This document shows, piece after piece, positions 35,741 to 45,032 of a DNA stretch of 45,032 nucleotides. Location: positions 4 to 45,035 of the forward strand of contig JAANXC010000038.1 of the NCBI GenBank assembly GCA_018263495.1. Reading direction: 5' to 3'. The notes under the pieces were generated by a model. The model saw nothing but the letters and a program-made list of their open reading frames with translations. It ran no database searches and was not told the origin of the DNA. The stretch comes from Nitrososphaerota archaeon (GTDB taxonomy: Archaea > Thermoproteota > Nitrososphaeria > Nitrososphaerales > Nitrosopumilaceae). Each line of letters starts with the position of its first letter. Position 1 is the first letter of the stretch. The translations under genes were made by a program, and so were the position numbers.

Positions 35741-37504
35741 ATGGTAGATGCTACAGTTGCAAGAATTTCCGGTCCTGTTGCGGTAGCTAAAGATCTAGAA
35801 GGTGCGCACATGTTTGACGTTGTACGTATTGGTGAGATGGGTCTTATGGGTGAAATCATTCGTCTGGAAGGAAACACTGCGCAGATTCAAGTTTATGAGG
35901 ATACAACTGGTCTCAAGCCAGGAGAAAAAGTAATTAACACAAAAAGACCACTTTCTATGCAGCTTGGTCCTGGACTCTTGACATCAATTTATGATGGAAT
36001 TCAAAGACCTTTGGATGTCTTAGCTGCAGAGAGTGGAGACTTTATCAGTAGAGGAAAAATTATTCCTGCACTTGATCAAAAGAAAAAGTGGGAGTTTATC
36101 CCAGTAAAGAAAAACGGAGACCAAGTTTCTCCCGGTGAGATAATCGCTGAAGTTCAAGAGACTCCGCTAATCAAACACAAAATTATGGTGCCTTACAACG
36201 TTTCTGGCGAACTTGTTGATATTTCTGAAGGTCAGTTTACTGTAAATGACAAAATTGCAGCCGTAAAAAATGGCAAAACAACTGATATCGGCCTAGCAAG
36301 TTGGTGGACAGTAAGAACACCAAGACCAGTTTTGAGAAAGCTTGCACCTGATCAACCATTACTTACAGGCCAAAGAGTACTTGACACATTTTTCCCTGTT
36401 GCTAAAGGAGGTTCAGCTGCAATTCCAGGTCCTTTCGGAAGTGGAAAAACAGTAACACAACAGCAGCTTGCCAAGTGGGCAGACAGTGAGATAATTGTTT
36501 ACATTGGTTGTGGAGAAAGAGGAAATGAAATGTGTGACGTACTGTCATCATTCCCTGAACTAATAGATCCAAAATCAAAGCGTCCTTTAATGGAACGAAC
36601 TATTCTAGTGGCAAACACTTCAAACATGCCAGTAGCTGCACGTGAAGCAAGCATCTATACTGGAATTACAATGGGTGAATATTATCGTGATATGGGATAC
36701 GGTGTGGCACTTATGGCTGACAGTACTTCAAGATGGGCTGAGGCATTAAGAGAAATTTCAGGAAGACTAGAAGAGATGCCTGGTGAAGAAGGATATCCAG
36801 CATATCTAGGAAGAAGATTGGCAGAATTTTATGAAAGAGGCGGAAGAAGCATTGTTATTTCCCCTGACGAGCGACAGGGCTCATTATCACTAGTGGGTGC
36901 AGTATCTCCACCTGGCGGAGATTTTTCAGAACCAGTTTCACAAAATACACTTAGAGTAACCCGTGTGTTCTGGGGACTTGATGCCAATTTAGCAAACAGG
37001 AGACACTTCCCATCAATCAACTGGTTGACAAGCTATTCTTTGTACATGGATGATATGGCAGACTGGTACAAATCTAACGTTTCAAAGGATTGGATTGACC
37101 TAAGAAAAGAGGCATTAGAAATTTTGCAGAAAGAATCAGAACTGCAAGAGATTGTGCAACTTGTAGGATATGATGCATTACCAGAGCCAGAAAAAGGAAT
37201 CTTGGACACTGCCCGTTCAATTCGTGAAGATTACCTCCAGCAAAGTGCATTTGATGAGGTTGATACTTACACATCAATACAAAAACAACACAAGATGTTG
37301 TCTACCATTTTAGAATTTGGTAAGAAGGAGGCTGACGTAATAAAGAAAGGATCTACATCTGCCAAAGTGGGAGCACTTGAATCAAGAGGAATGATACCAA
37401 AAATGAAATGGACAAAAGAGGAAGAATTAGAAAAATTACTAAACGACATTAACAATAAAATGAAGCAAGAATTTGATTCCCTTTCAAAGGAGAGTTCTAA
37501 CTAA
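35741..37504 (+). CDS. atpA: V/A-type ATPase catalytic subunit A
   Basis: [37 protein letters not shown]; no intein. Confidence 0.99.
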   Translation: MVDATVARISGPVAVAKDLEGAHMFDVVRIGEMGLMGEIIRLEGNTAQIQVYEDTTGLKPGEKVINTKRPLSMQLGPGLLTSIYDGIQRPLDVLAAESGDFISRGKIIPALDQKKKWEFIPVKKNGDQVSPGEIIAEVQETPLIKHKIMVPYNVSGELVDISEGQFTVNDKIAAVKNGKTTDIGLASWWTVRTPRPVLRKLAPDQPLLTGQRVLDTFFPVAKGGSAAIPGPFGSGKTVTQQQLAKWADSEIIVYIGCGERGNEMCDVLSSFPELIDPKSKRPLMERTILVANTSNMPVAAREASIYTGITMGEYYRDMGYGVALMADSTSRWAEALREISGRLEEMPGEEGYPAYLGRRLAEFYERGGRSIVISPDERQGSLSLVGAVSPPGGDFSEPVSQNTLRVTRVFWGLDANLANRRHFPSINWLTSYSLYMDDMADWYKSNVSKDWIDLRKEALEILQKESELQEIVQLVGYDALPEPEKGILDTARSIREDYLQQSAFDEVDTYTSIQKQHKMLSTILEFGKKEADVIKKGSTSAKVGALESRGMIPKMKWTKEEELEKLLNDINNKMKQEFDSLSKESSN

Positions 37505-38907
37505 TGGCAAACGTATCATTCAAAACACTAGACAAAGTTGCAGGTCCACTGATTTTTGTCAAGGGGGTTGATAACGCATCTTACGGTGAAATGGTTGAGA
37601 TAAAATTAGAAAATGGAGAAAGACGACAGGGACAAGTATTAGATACAAGTCAAGGTCTTGCTATAGTCCAGGTCTTCGGTCAAACTTTAGGTCTTAACAC
37701 TACTGGTACTTCAACAACATTCCTCGGTGAAACAGCAACATTATCAGTATCTGATGAAATGCTAGGAAGAGTGTTTGACGGATTAGGAAATCCAAAAGAT
37801 AATGGACCAAAGATTGTATCAAAAGAAAAATTTGATCTAGTAGGTTCCAGCATTAATCCATATTCCAGAGAAGAACCATCGGAATTCATTCAAACAGGAA
37901 TGTCAAACATTGACGGAATGAACACGCTGGTAAGAGGTCAGAAACTACCAATCTTCTCAGCATCTGGTCTACCACATAACCAACTTGCATCACAAGTTGC
38001 AAGACAGGCACAAGTTCTTGGCACGGAAGAAAACTTTTCTGTTGTCTTTGCAGCAATTGGAATTACAAGTGAGGAGGCAAACTTTTTCATTAAGCAATTC
38101 GAAGAGAGTGGCTCACTTGAAAGAACTGCACTTTTCCTTAACTTATCTTCTGATCCTTCAATGGAACGTATACTTACTCCTAGACTTGCACTAACCACCG
38201 CAGAATTTCTTGCATATGAACGCGAACAACACGTCTTGGTCATTTTAACAGATATGACAAATTATTGTGAAGCATTAAGAGAAATTTCTGCAGCACGTGA
38301 AGAAGTTCCAGGAAGAAGAGGTTATCCAGGTTATCTGTATACAGACTTGGCTTCAATTTATGAGCGTGCAGGAAAAATCAAGGGAAGGAAAGGTTCAGTA
38401 ACACAACTACCAATTCTTACAATGCCTGCTGATGACATCACACATCCAATTCCTGATCTTACTGGTTACATTACTGAGGGTCAGATTGTAATGAATAGAG
38501 AATTACACAGAGCAAACATTCAACCACCCGTTGACGTTCTAACAAGTTTGTCACGTTTAATGAACCAAGGAATTGGTGAAGGAAGAACAAGAGAAGATCA
38601 CAGACAACTTGCAGACCAACTTTATGCTGCTTATGCTCAAGGTAAAGATGCAAGAGCACTTGCTGCCATTGTAGGTGAGGGTGCACTAAGTGATCTTGAT
38701 AGAAAATTTCTTGTTGTTGCAAACGACTTTGAGAAAAAATTTGTTCATCAGGGACCTAACGAGAACCGTTCCATTGAACAAACACTTTCACTTGGTTGGG
38801 ATCTATTAGCAGGGCTTTCAGAGACTGAACTTACCCGTATCAAACCAGAATTTATTGCTAAATATGCAAAGAAGACTAGTACCGGTGACACAAACAAATC
38901 TGAATAG
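37504..38907 (+). CDS. atpB: V/A-type ATPase subunit B
   Basis: [43 protein letters not shown]. Confidence 0.99.
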   Translation: MANVSFKTLDKVAGPLIFVKGVDNASYGEMVEIKLENGERRQGQVLDTSQGLAIVQVFGQTLGLNTTGTSTTFLGETATLSVSDEMLGRVFDGLGNPKDNGPKIVSKEKFDLVGSSINPYSREEPSEFIQTGMSNIDGMNTLVRGQKLPIFSASGLPHNQLASQVARQAQVLGTEENFSVVFAAIGITSEEANFFIKQFEESGSLERTALFLNLSSDPSMERILTPRLALTTAEFLAYEREQHVLVILTDMTNYCEALREISAAREEVPGRRGYPGYLYTDLASIYERAGKIKGRKGSVTQLPILTMPADDITHPIPDLTGYITEGQIVMNRELHRANIQPPVDVLTSLSRLMNQGIGEGRTREDHRQLADQLYAAYAQGKDARALAAIVGEGALSDLDRKFLVVANDFEKKFVHQGPNENRSIEQTLSLGWDLLAGLSETELTRIKPEFIAKYAKKTSTGDTNKSE

Positions 38908-38916
38908 GTGATTTGA

Positions 38917-39576
38917 ATGCCATCCAACGCTGACATCCGACCAACTCGCCTTGAATACTTGCGTACAAAAAAACGAATTAAAATTGCAAAAAAAGGACTC
39001 AAACTGTTAAAACTAAAACGCCAAGCTTTGATTCTAGAATTTTTTAGCATTAGCAAGGCATCATCCAGATTGCGAGGAGAACTAAACGCCGAACTGCTCA
39101 AGGGCTACCAAAGCATAAGGATGGCAGAAATGATTGACGGTGAAATGAGACTTGAAAACGAGGCAATGAAAATTCCTCAATTAAAAAAATTATTGATTAC
39201 ACCAAAGAACGTTATGGGCGTAAAGATTCCAAGACTTGAAGGTGGAAGAAGGGAAGAATCACTTACTGACTATTTGTTAGAGATCCCAGTTTCCATTAGT
39301 GAAGCCATTAAAGCATTTCAAGAAGTACATAAAATCGTTCTAGATGTAGCAGAAAAAGAGACAACACTACGAAAATTACTCTATGAAATTGATAAGACAA
39401 AACGAAAGGCTAATGCAATCGAAAACGTCTTTATTCCAAGACTAGAATCTGCTGTTAAGTTCATTACGTTTAGGCTTGAGGAGATGGAGCGAGATACATT
39501 TGCCATGCTAAAGACTGTAAAACGAAAGATGGAAGAAAGAGAAAAAAATGTGGAGGTAGAAGTAATTGCAAATTAA
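38917..39576 (+). CDS. atpD: V/A-type ATPase subunit D
   Basis: PTRLE, G.KLLKLKR, NVMGVKIP, TKRKANAIE. Confidence 0.97.
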   Translation: MPSNADIRPTRLEYLRTKKRIKIAKKGLKLLKLKRQALILEFFSISKASSRLRGELNAELLKGYQSIRMAEMIDGEMRLENEAMKIPQLKKLLITPKNVMGVKIPRLEGGRREESLTDYLLEIPVSISEAIKAFQEVHKIVLDVAEKETTLRKLLYEIDKTKRKANAIENVFIPRLESAVKFITFRLEEMERDTFAMLKTVKRKMEEREKNVEVEVIAN

Positions 39577-39580
39577 TTTT

Positions 39581-39684
39581 AAAAACTCCCAACAAAAAAA
39601 ATTTTATTATATTAAACGTGCAATGATGATGGGAAATATCTTCATCGCCATTGCTGTAATTTTGTATTTGAGCAAGGAGTTTTT
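39581..39684 (+). promoter_or_regulatory. Structured atpD-atpH spacer pairing over the putative atpH ribosome-binding site
   Basis: AAAAACTCC (39581-39589) pairs with GGAGTTTTT (39676-39684), ACAAAA pairs with TTTTGT, and an inner hairpin spans 39620-39654. Confidence 0.4.
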
Positions 39685-39686
39685 GG

Positions 39687-40025
39687 GTGCATAACATGTC
39701 TACGTCACAAGATCAATACATCAGTTCGCTGAAGAAGATAAAAGAGGTTGAGGAACAATCTCAAAAGGAGATTGACAGTTACAAAAGTAAGATTGAAGAT
39801 CAAATCATTCAGTTAGATTCAGAATTAGAAAAAGCAATTGCTACTGCAAAGACTGAGGGTGAAAAACTAGTTGATGCAAGTGTAGCTGATGCTACAAAAA
39901 AAGCCAATGCTGAAACACAAAAGACTATTGAAGAAGCAAAAACGAAATCTAAAGACATAGCATCACAAATTACATCACAAAACGCGCAAGACATTATCAA
40001 CATTTTACTAAAAGGAGTAGAGTAG
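39687..40025 (+). CDS. atpH: V/A-type ATPase peripheral stalk subunit H (G)
   Basis: LKKIKEVEE coiled coil, A/K/E-rich, directly before atpI; start GTG 39687 or ATG 39696. Confidence 0.85.
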   Translation: MHNMSTSQDQYISSLKKIKEVEEQSQKEIDSYKSKIEDQIIQLDSELEKAIATAKTEGEKLVDASVADATKKANAETQKTIEEAKTKSKDIASQITSQNAQDIINILLKGVE

Positions 40026-40027
40026 AA

Positions 40028-42139
40028 GTGTTCAAGCCAGTTCAAATGGCTAAAATAGCTATTATGGGTCTACGAAAAAATCAGCAAACTTCAGTTTCCA
40101 TTTTGCATGACATGGAAATTTTACAATTAGAACCACTATCAAAAGATGTTTTAGAAATTGTAAAAAATGAGCGTGATAATGAGCTCACAAGGCAGGTCTC
40201 AGACGAGTTATTGCGAGTGAAGGCATTAATGACAACACTCCCCCATATCCCAGTAGCGGTTACAAAGCGCTTTGATTCTATTGATGATCTATTACAAACT
40301 GCCAATTCCATTGATGTTGATGAGCAGGTTGCAAGCCTTGAGAAGGAAAAGGAAGCACTTCTAACTGAAATCAAGGATACTGAAAACAACCTAAAACTTG
40401 TTGAAGAGTTCAGCTTCTTTCCAGAAGACCTGAAGATTCTCCAACTTTCATCTGCAACCTCCTATTTTGGAAGAATTCCATCTGATAAGTTTGAGGAATT
40501 CAAGAAAGCTATTAATGCGCACCCCAATGACATTATGCTTTACGCTAAGGCAGAAAAAGAACTAACACATCTAATCTTAGTAGTATTTCCTGCTATTTCA
40601 TCTGACGAGTTTGCTAATATCATCCAAGCACACAATGTCAAGATAGAGGCAGTACCAAACCTAAACGGAAAACCGAATGAAATCATCACAAACCAAAAAA
40701 GCAATTTACAAACAAAAAATCAAAGGCTTAAACAGATCAATGATGAACTAAACAAAATTTCAGAAAAACACTACGCCAATTTAGTTGAAGTTGAAGAGCA
40801 ATTACAGATAGAAAACAAAAAACTAGAAGTAATTTCCAATCTTGGCGTAACCAAGGATGCATTTGCAATGGAAGGATGGATTCCAAAATCAAAACTCGGT
40901 CAAGTCAAGTCTACCTTGGAAAAATTTACAGATGGTACGACAATCTATGAGCTAGAAACCAATGAAGAGGAGAAAGCACCAACACTGATGAGTAATCCAG
41001 GAAGATTTAGATTGTTTGAGGCGTTCATTCGATTCTACTCCCTACCACAAAGCAAAGAGTTTGATCCTACCATGGTTTTTGCTCTCATTTTCCCAATCTT
41101 TTATGGATTAATGATTGGTGACACGGGATACTGTTTGGTAATACTTCTTGTCTGTCTGTGGGTTATCAGACGTGTAGAGAAGGGAAAACGTAATCTAAAC
41201 ATAATGCCAAGGCAACTGCGAAGTTTTGCAATGTTGATATTGAAAAAAAGACAAATGGTAAAGCTATCAAAAGCAATGATTCCTGGATGTATTGTTGGAA
41301 TCGTATTAGGATGTATATTTGACTTGCATTTTGGATTCCACCTCAACGGCTACGTGTTTGATGCTCTTGCAACTGTGGGAGTTACTGGTCTTCCAGAACC
41401 CGGCGAAATCTTAAATCGACCTTCACAAGCATTTCTAGATCCAATTCATAATGCAGGTACGCTATTACTTTATGCAGGATATATTGGCATTGGTTTTGTA
41501 TCATTTGGTCTAATTCTAGGTGTAATTGATTGTATTAGAGAAGGTGAAAAAAAAGAGGCTCTAGTCAAGATTGGATGGCTAGCAGTTGGTTGGGGAATTG
41601 TTCTTCTCGGACTTGCTCTCATAAGCGGTGATGCTATCAATCCAACGTGGGATAGGCTGATTGAAGTTAATCCAATCGCATTTTTGTACTACGGATTAAT
41701 TTTTGGAGGTATCGCATTAATGGTATCTTGCGATAAGAGTAAGGGCGCTATGAAAGTCATGGCATTAATGGAAGTAGCTACAATCATCAGTCACATTCTT
41801 TCCTATACAAGACTGATTGGAATTTTACTGGCGTCGGTTATACTTGCTCATACAATTGACTACATTTTCTTAAAATCGCTTAACATTGGACTTCCATTAG
41901 CTGCACTTGGCATAATGATACTGTTCATAGGACATTTGTTTAACATAATCATTGGAGTCTTTGAACCTGGAATTCAAGGTGCAAGATTGGTTTACGTTGA
42001 GTACTTCTCCAAGTTTTACCGTGGTAACGGCAGAAAATTCTCACCGTTTGGATCTTTACGAAGATTTACAGAAGAACAATATCATTCTGAACAGCAGGAA
42101 AAGAAGGAATCGGACAAACCAAAACTAAAGGTTAAATAG
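40028..42139 (+). CDS. atpI: V/A-type ATPase subunit I (a)
   Basis: MEGWIP, APTLMSNP, EFDPT, YGLMIGDTGY, SHILSYTRL (essential Arg), ARLVYVEYFSKFY. Confidence 0.97.
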   Translation: MFKPVQMAKIAIMGLRKNQQTSVSILHDMEILQLEPLSKDVLEIVKNERDNELTRQVSDELLRVKALMTTLPHIPVAVTKRFDSIDDLLQTANSIDVDEQVASLEKEKEALLTEIKDTENNLKLVEEFSFFPEDLKILQLSSATSYFGRIPSDKFEEFKKAINAHPNDIMLYAKAEKELTHLILVVFPAISSDEFANIIQAHNVKIEAVPNLNGKPNEIITNQKSNLQTKNQRLKQINDELNKISEKHYANLVEVEEQLQIENKKLEVISNLGVTKDAFAMEGWIPKSKLGQVKSTLEKFTDGTTIYELETNEEEKAPTLMSNPGRFRLFEAFIRFYSLPQSKEFDPTMVFALIFPIFYGLMIGDTGYCLVILLVCLWVIRRVEKGKRNLNIMPRQLRSFAMLILKKRQMVKLSKAMIPGCIVGIVLGCIFDLHFGFHLNGYVFDALATVGVTGLPEPGEILNRPSQAFLDPIHNAGTLLLYAGYIGIGFVSFGLILGVIDCIREGEKKEALVKIGWLAVGWGIVLLGLALISGDAINPTWDRLIEVNPIAFLYYGLIFGGIALMVSCDKSKGAMKVMALMEVATIISHILSYTRLIGILLASVILAHTIDYIFLKSLNIGLPLAALGIMILFIGHLFNIIIGVFEPGIQGARLVYVEYFSKFYRGNGRKFSPFGSLRRFTEEQYHSEQQEKKESDKPKLKVK

Positions 42140-42292
42140 AAATTTTTCAAAATCTGTTCAAATTTTCACAAAATAGTGTTAGAAAATTCACTTTTTTGCT
42201 AATCATTTTACTTTGAAATGCTAGATTGCAAAGATTGTAGGACCTCCACGATGCTCCCCTTTGTGTTGGTTCTACATTCTTGCATTTTAAAA

Positions 42293-42754
42293 TTAGGAAT
42301 ATTTCAGCTGGTTTACGTCTAGTACTCTATTACAATATCTGCATTTCAAAACTAATTTTTCTTTATCTAATACATCCATGATTGATTCAATGTGCTCTTT
42401 ACTGTTTGTGACACATTCAGGATTTGAGCACCTAAAAATTCTGTCAATCTCATTTGGAAGAGAGACGCGTCGCTTCTCTACCAACTTGTAATCTTTGATA
42501 ATATTGACTGTTGATGTAGGCGCTATTACAGCAAGTTTGTTTGTGTCATCATCTTCTAGGAACTTTCCCTCCACCTTGATCATATCTTTTTTCTTTAGTT
42601 TTCCACTTGGAACATTTAGTGCTACTGTGATGACGTTTCCATCACTCCCGTCAATCCGAAGTGCCTCCAACACCTTAAGCCCATTTCCCACGTCAATATG
42701 GTCTATTACAGTACCATCTTTGATACGTCTGACCGTGAGATCCGCTTGTTCCAT
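42293..42754 (-). CDS. pyrI: Aspartate carbamoyltransferase regulatory chain
   Basis: IKDGTVIDHI, KKDMIKVE, CSNPECVT and CRYC zinc site. Confidence 0.97.
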   Translation of the reverse strand: MEQADLTVRRIKDGTVIDHIDVGNGLKVLEALRIDGSDGNVITVALNVPSGKLKKKDMIKVEGKFLEDDDTNKLAVIAPTSTVNIIKDYKLVEKRRVSLPNEIDRIFRCSNPECVTNSKEHIESIMDVLDKEKLVLKCRYCNRVLDVNQLKYS

Positions 42755-42793
42755 AGTATGATTTGTATATATGCCACTATAAATGGTTCAAGG

Positions 42794-43723
42794 ATGAATG
42801 GCTTTTTCCAGAAGGATGTTATCTCAATTAGAGATCTTGGAAAGGAAGACCTTGATAGTATTTTTTCTGCTACTGAAAAAATTATCGGTTTAGATCCTAA
42901 CCAAAGACGTGAGATTGCAAGAGGCAAAACACTTGGATATCTCTTCTATGAGCCAAGTACTAGAACTCGTTTGAGCTTCCAGTCTGCAATGGCACTAATT
43001 GGCGGAACTTCGCTTGGAATTGCAGATGTAAATTCATCATCAGTACAAAAGGGTGAAAGCCTATCTGATACAGTTAGGGTTATGTCAGGATACACGGACG
43101 TTCTTGTTTTACGACACCCTCTTGACGGTTCTAGTAGATTTTCAGCAGAGATTTCACAAAAACCAATCATTAACGGCGGAAGCGGGACTGAAGAGCATCC
43201 AACGCAAGCTATTCAAGATCTATTCACAATCAAGAGGGAGAAAAAGAAGATTGACGGACTGAAGATTGGAATAGTTGGGGATCTAAAGTATGGAAGAACA
43301 GTTTACTCTTTACTACATGGGCTTTGTAATTACAATGTTGACGTTCACCTAATTTCACCCGAGTCACTAAAAATTAGGAAAGATTCTACATATGACATTA
43401 AAAAGAAACTTTCTTACACAGAATCTACCAATCTTGATGAATACATTGATGATTTGGATGTCTTGTATATGACAAGAATACAAAAAGAACGATTTCCTGA
43501 CGAGGAGGAATATGTCAAGATGAGAGGAAGCTATGTAATTGGATTGGATATTGTAAAAAAGATGAAAGAAGATGCAATAATTTTGCACCCTCTTCCAAGA
43601 ATAGATGAAATTTCAACAGATGTTGACTCTAGTAAGCAAGCGAAATATTTTGAGCAGGCAGAAAATGGAAAATATACGCGTGCTGCACTGCTTGGCCTGA
43701 TTCTAAATGAGAACGGTTTCTGA
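42794..43723 (+). CDS. pyrB: Aspartate carbamoyltransferase catalytic chain
   Basis: FYEPSTRTRLSF, KGESL.DT, HPTQ, GDLKYGRT, TRIQKER, LHPLP; start moved to ATG 42794 to remove the overlap with pyrI. Confidence 0.97.
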   Translation: MNGFFQKDVISIRDLGKEDLDSIFSATEKIIGLDPNQRREIARGKTLGYLFYEPSTRTRLSFQSAMALIGGTSLGIADVNSSSVQKGESLSDTVRVMSGYTDVLVLRHPLDGSSRFSAEISQKPIINGGSGTEEHPTQAIQDLFTIKREKKKIDGLKIGIVGDLKYGRTVYSLLHGLCNYNVDVHLISPESLKIRKDSTYDIKKKLSYTESTNLDEYIDDLDVLYMTRIQKERFPDEEEYVKMRGSYVIGLDIVKKMKEDAIILHPLPRIDEISTDVDSSKQAKYFEQAENGKYTRAALLGLILNENGF

Positions 43724-43764
43724 ATAGTTCATTTTGAAGCATCTCTAATTTTGCCATATACTAA

Positions 43765-43788
43765 AAAAGTTAGCCTTGGCTAAATTTT
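43765..43788. promoter_or_regulatory. DtxR/MntR-like operator palindrome
   Basis: AAAAG-TTAGCC-TT-GGCTAA-ATTTT in the promoter region of a metal-related operon. Confidence 0.65.
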
Positions 43789-43814
43789 AAATACCTAACG
43801 CCTCAACCAGATGT

Positions 43815-44873
43815 ATGCTTTCTAGTGGGCAAAAGATGATTATTGTAATAGTTGTTGTTTCTTTGGGTTTTGTAGGATATCTTGTTTTTCCTGCTATGGA
43901 TATCACAGCACAAGAACAGCCAGAAGTTTTTGTAACTCATTCTGGTGCAGTAGTACAGACAACAGGCGATGTGTTAGATCCTGTTTATACAATCCAAGAA
44001 GTTGAGTTTGATCCGGAAAAATACTTGCGAGATTTTGACTATGGTGAGGTTTCCCAGTTAGAAGATGGTACAACACTTCGTGAATTTACCATTATAGCTG
44101 AAGATGATAAAATAATGGAAATAGCGCCTGGAATATTTTATAATGTCTGGACATTTAATGGACAAGTTCCTGGACCCACAATACGGGCTACGGAAGGCGA
44201 CCTAGTAAGAATTCATTTTACTAACAACGGTGACAAGGAACACACAATTCACTTTCATGGAAATCATCCAGCTGAGATGGATGGTATATTTGAGATAGTA
44301 GGTTCTGGCGGTGGTCAGTTCACTTATGAGTTCATAGCGGGTCCTGTTGGTGTTCATCCATATCATTGTCATGTAATGCCAGTTGAAGAGCACATTGGTC
44401 ATGGACTTTATGGTGTCTTCATCGTAGATCCAAAGGACGGAAGACAACATGCTGATGAAATGGTTATGATGCTAAACGGATTTGATACTGACTTTGATGG
44501 TGAAAATAATCTATATGCTGCAAACACCATTCCATTTTACTATCAGCACCACCCCATTCAGGTTAGCACAAATGAACTAATCAGAGTTTATGTCGTAAAC
44601 ATGGTAGGGTTAGACCCCATCAACAATTTCCATTTACACGGAACCTTGTACAAATACTATCCAACTGGCACTGATATTGTTCCATCAGAGTTTACTGACA
44701 TGACTACATTTTCACAAAGTGAAAGGGGAATTCTAGAGTTTGAATATGAATATACGGGAAGATACATGTTTCATGCACACTTGACCGAATTTTCTGAGAA
44801 GGGATGGTCAGGTATTTTCTATGCAAAAGATAGTTCCCAACCAAGCATGGAAGGATATGCTTATGGAAGTTAA
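43815..44873 (+). CDS. Membrane-anchored two-domain multicopper oxidase (type 1 Cu site in domain 1 only)
   Basis: Domain 1 has HTIHFHG and YHCHVMPVEEHIGHGL; domain 2 has FHLHG and FHAH with no Cys; N-terminal TM. Confidence 0.93.
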   Translation: MLSSGQKMIIVIVVVSLGFVGYLVFPAMDITAQEQPEVFVTHSGAVVQTTGDVLDPVYTIQEVEFDPEKYLRDFDYGEVSQLEDGTTLREFTIIAEDDKIMEIAPGIFYNVWTFNGQVPGPTIRATEGDLVRIHFTNNGDKEHTIHFHGNHPAEMDGIFEIVGSGGGQFTYEFIAGPVGVHPYHCHVMPVEEHIGHGLYGVFIVDPKDGRQHADEMVMMLNGFDTDFDGENNLYAANTIPFYYQHHPIQVSTNELIRVYVVNMVGLDPINNFHLHGTLYKYYPTGTDIVPSEFTDMTTFSQSERGILEFEYEYTGRYMFHAHLTEFSEKGWSGIFYAKDSSQPSMEGYAYGS

Positions 44874-45032
44874 GAGATCATCTAGAACAAAAACAGCAGT
44901 TAGTGTGATCATTCCTTTTCTCTTGTTAGCTGTAATGATTGGATATGTTTTTGGTCCGGGCTCTGAACTTATTGAATTTGGCGTTGTATTACCGGAAATA
45001 TCTATTGAGAAAGTTGAATTCGTTGACTCGGA
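44863..45032 (+). CDS. Probable ZIP-family metal transporter, N-terminal part (runs off window end)
   Basis: Manual translation MEVKRSSRTKTAVSVIIPFLLLAVMIGYVFGPGSELIEFGVVLPEISIEKVEFVDS, overlapping the MCO stop. Product inferred from the recalled AOA MCO-ZIP arrangement; the ZIP domain itself is outside the window. Confidence 0.55.
   Translation, partial: MEVKRSSRTKTAVSVIIPFLLLAVMIGYVFGPGSELIEFGVVLPEISIEKVEFVDS

Noticed and set aside
35741-37504. Intein in AtpA
   Set aside because: Normal length (587 aa) and continuous sequence through the GSGKTV P-loop.
39623-39675. C/D box sRNA (perfect AUGAUGA at 39623-39629)
   Set aside because: No CUGA D box at a suitable distance, and the C-box sequence is buried in a hairpin.
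42140-42292. Short frames in the atpI-pyrI gap as a remnant of a replaced ATPase gene
   Set aside because: Only about 25 codons with no recognisable similarity; cannot be supported without an alignment.
42698-42793. N-terminal extension of PyrB; likewise the extensions from starts 33702, 4415, 10034 and 5603
   Set aside because: Longest-ORF artefacts overlapping neighbouring genes or promoters; downstream starts fit better.
43815-44873. Nitrite reductase NirK
   Set aside because: HxH pairs in both domains fit a trinuclear-site two-domain MCO, and the context is metal uptake.

Overview
A 45-kb chromosomal segment from an AT-rich ammonia-oxidising archaeon (Nitrososphaerota, Nitrosopumilales-like). 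The assignment rests on egsA, proteasome beta, aCPSF1, the archaeal PoK/PPS CoA pathway, a thaumarchaeal WxKxxAGWW-repeat secreted protein, an AOA-type Amt and a two-domain multicopper oxidase. Core blocks are egsA/psmB/aCPSF1/sepF/thiI-like/pepP (1-5.5 kb), the CoA operon (13.5-17.2 kb), an ABC exporter with an S-layer-like partner, UbiB kinase, Hsp20, tmk-HD-pyrH, amt, rhodanese, a nine-gene rotary ATPase operon, divergent pyrI/pyrB, and an MCO plus probable ZIP transporter behind a DtxR-like palindrome. The ATPase order K-E-C-F-A-B-D-H-I is Thermoplasmatales-like and suggests the horizontally acquired V-type operon of deep-sea or acid-tolerant AOA. The accessory region at about 5.5-13.5 kb is the most interesting part. 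It holds a T4-like-phage/MGME1-type PD-(D/E)XK nuclease divergent from a ubiquitin-like protein lacking the Gly-Gly tail, a candidate structured ncRNA, a HutX-like protein, a cysteine-synthase-rhodanese fusion, a double-CDGSH protein and several microproteins missing from the ORF track. A catalytically eroded Cas4-like protein lies near amt. I saw no tRNA, rRNA, CRISPR array, integrase or transposase. All calls come from motif recognition by eye; no searches were run.
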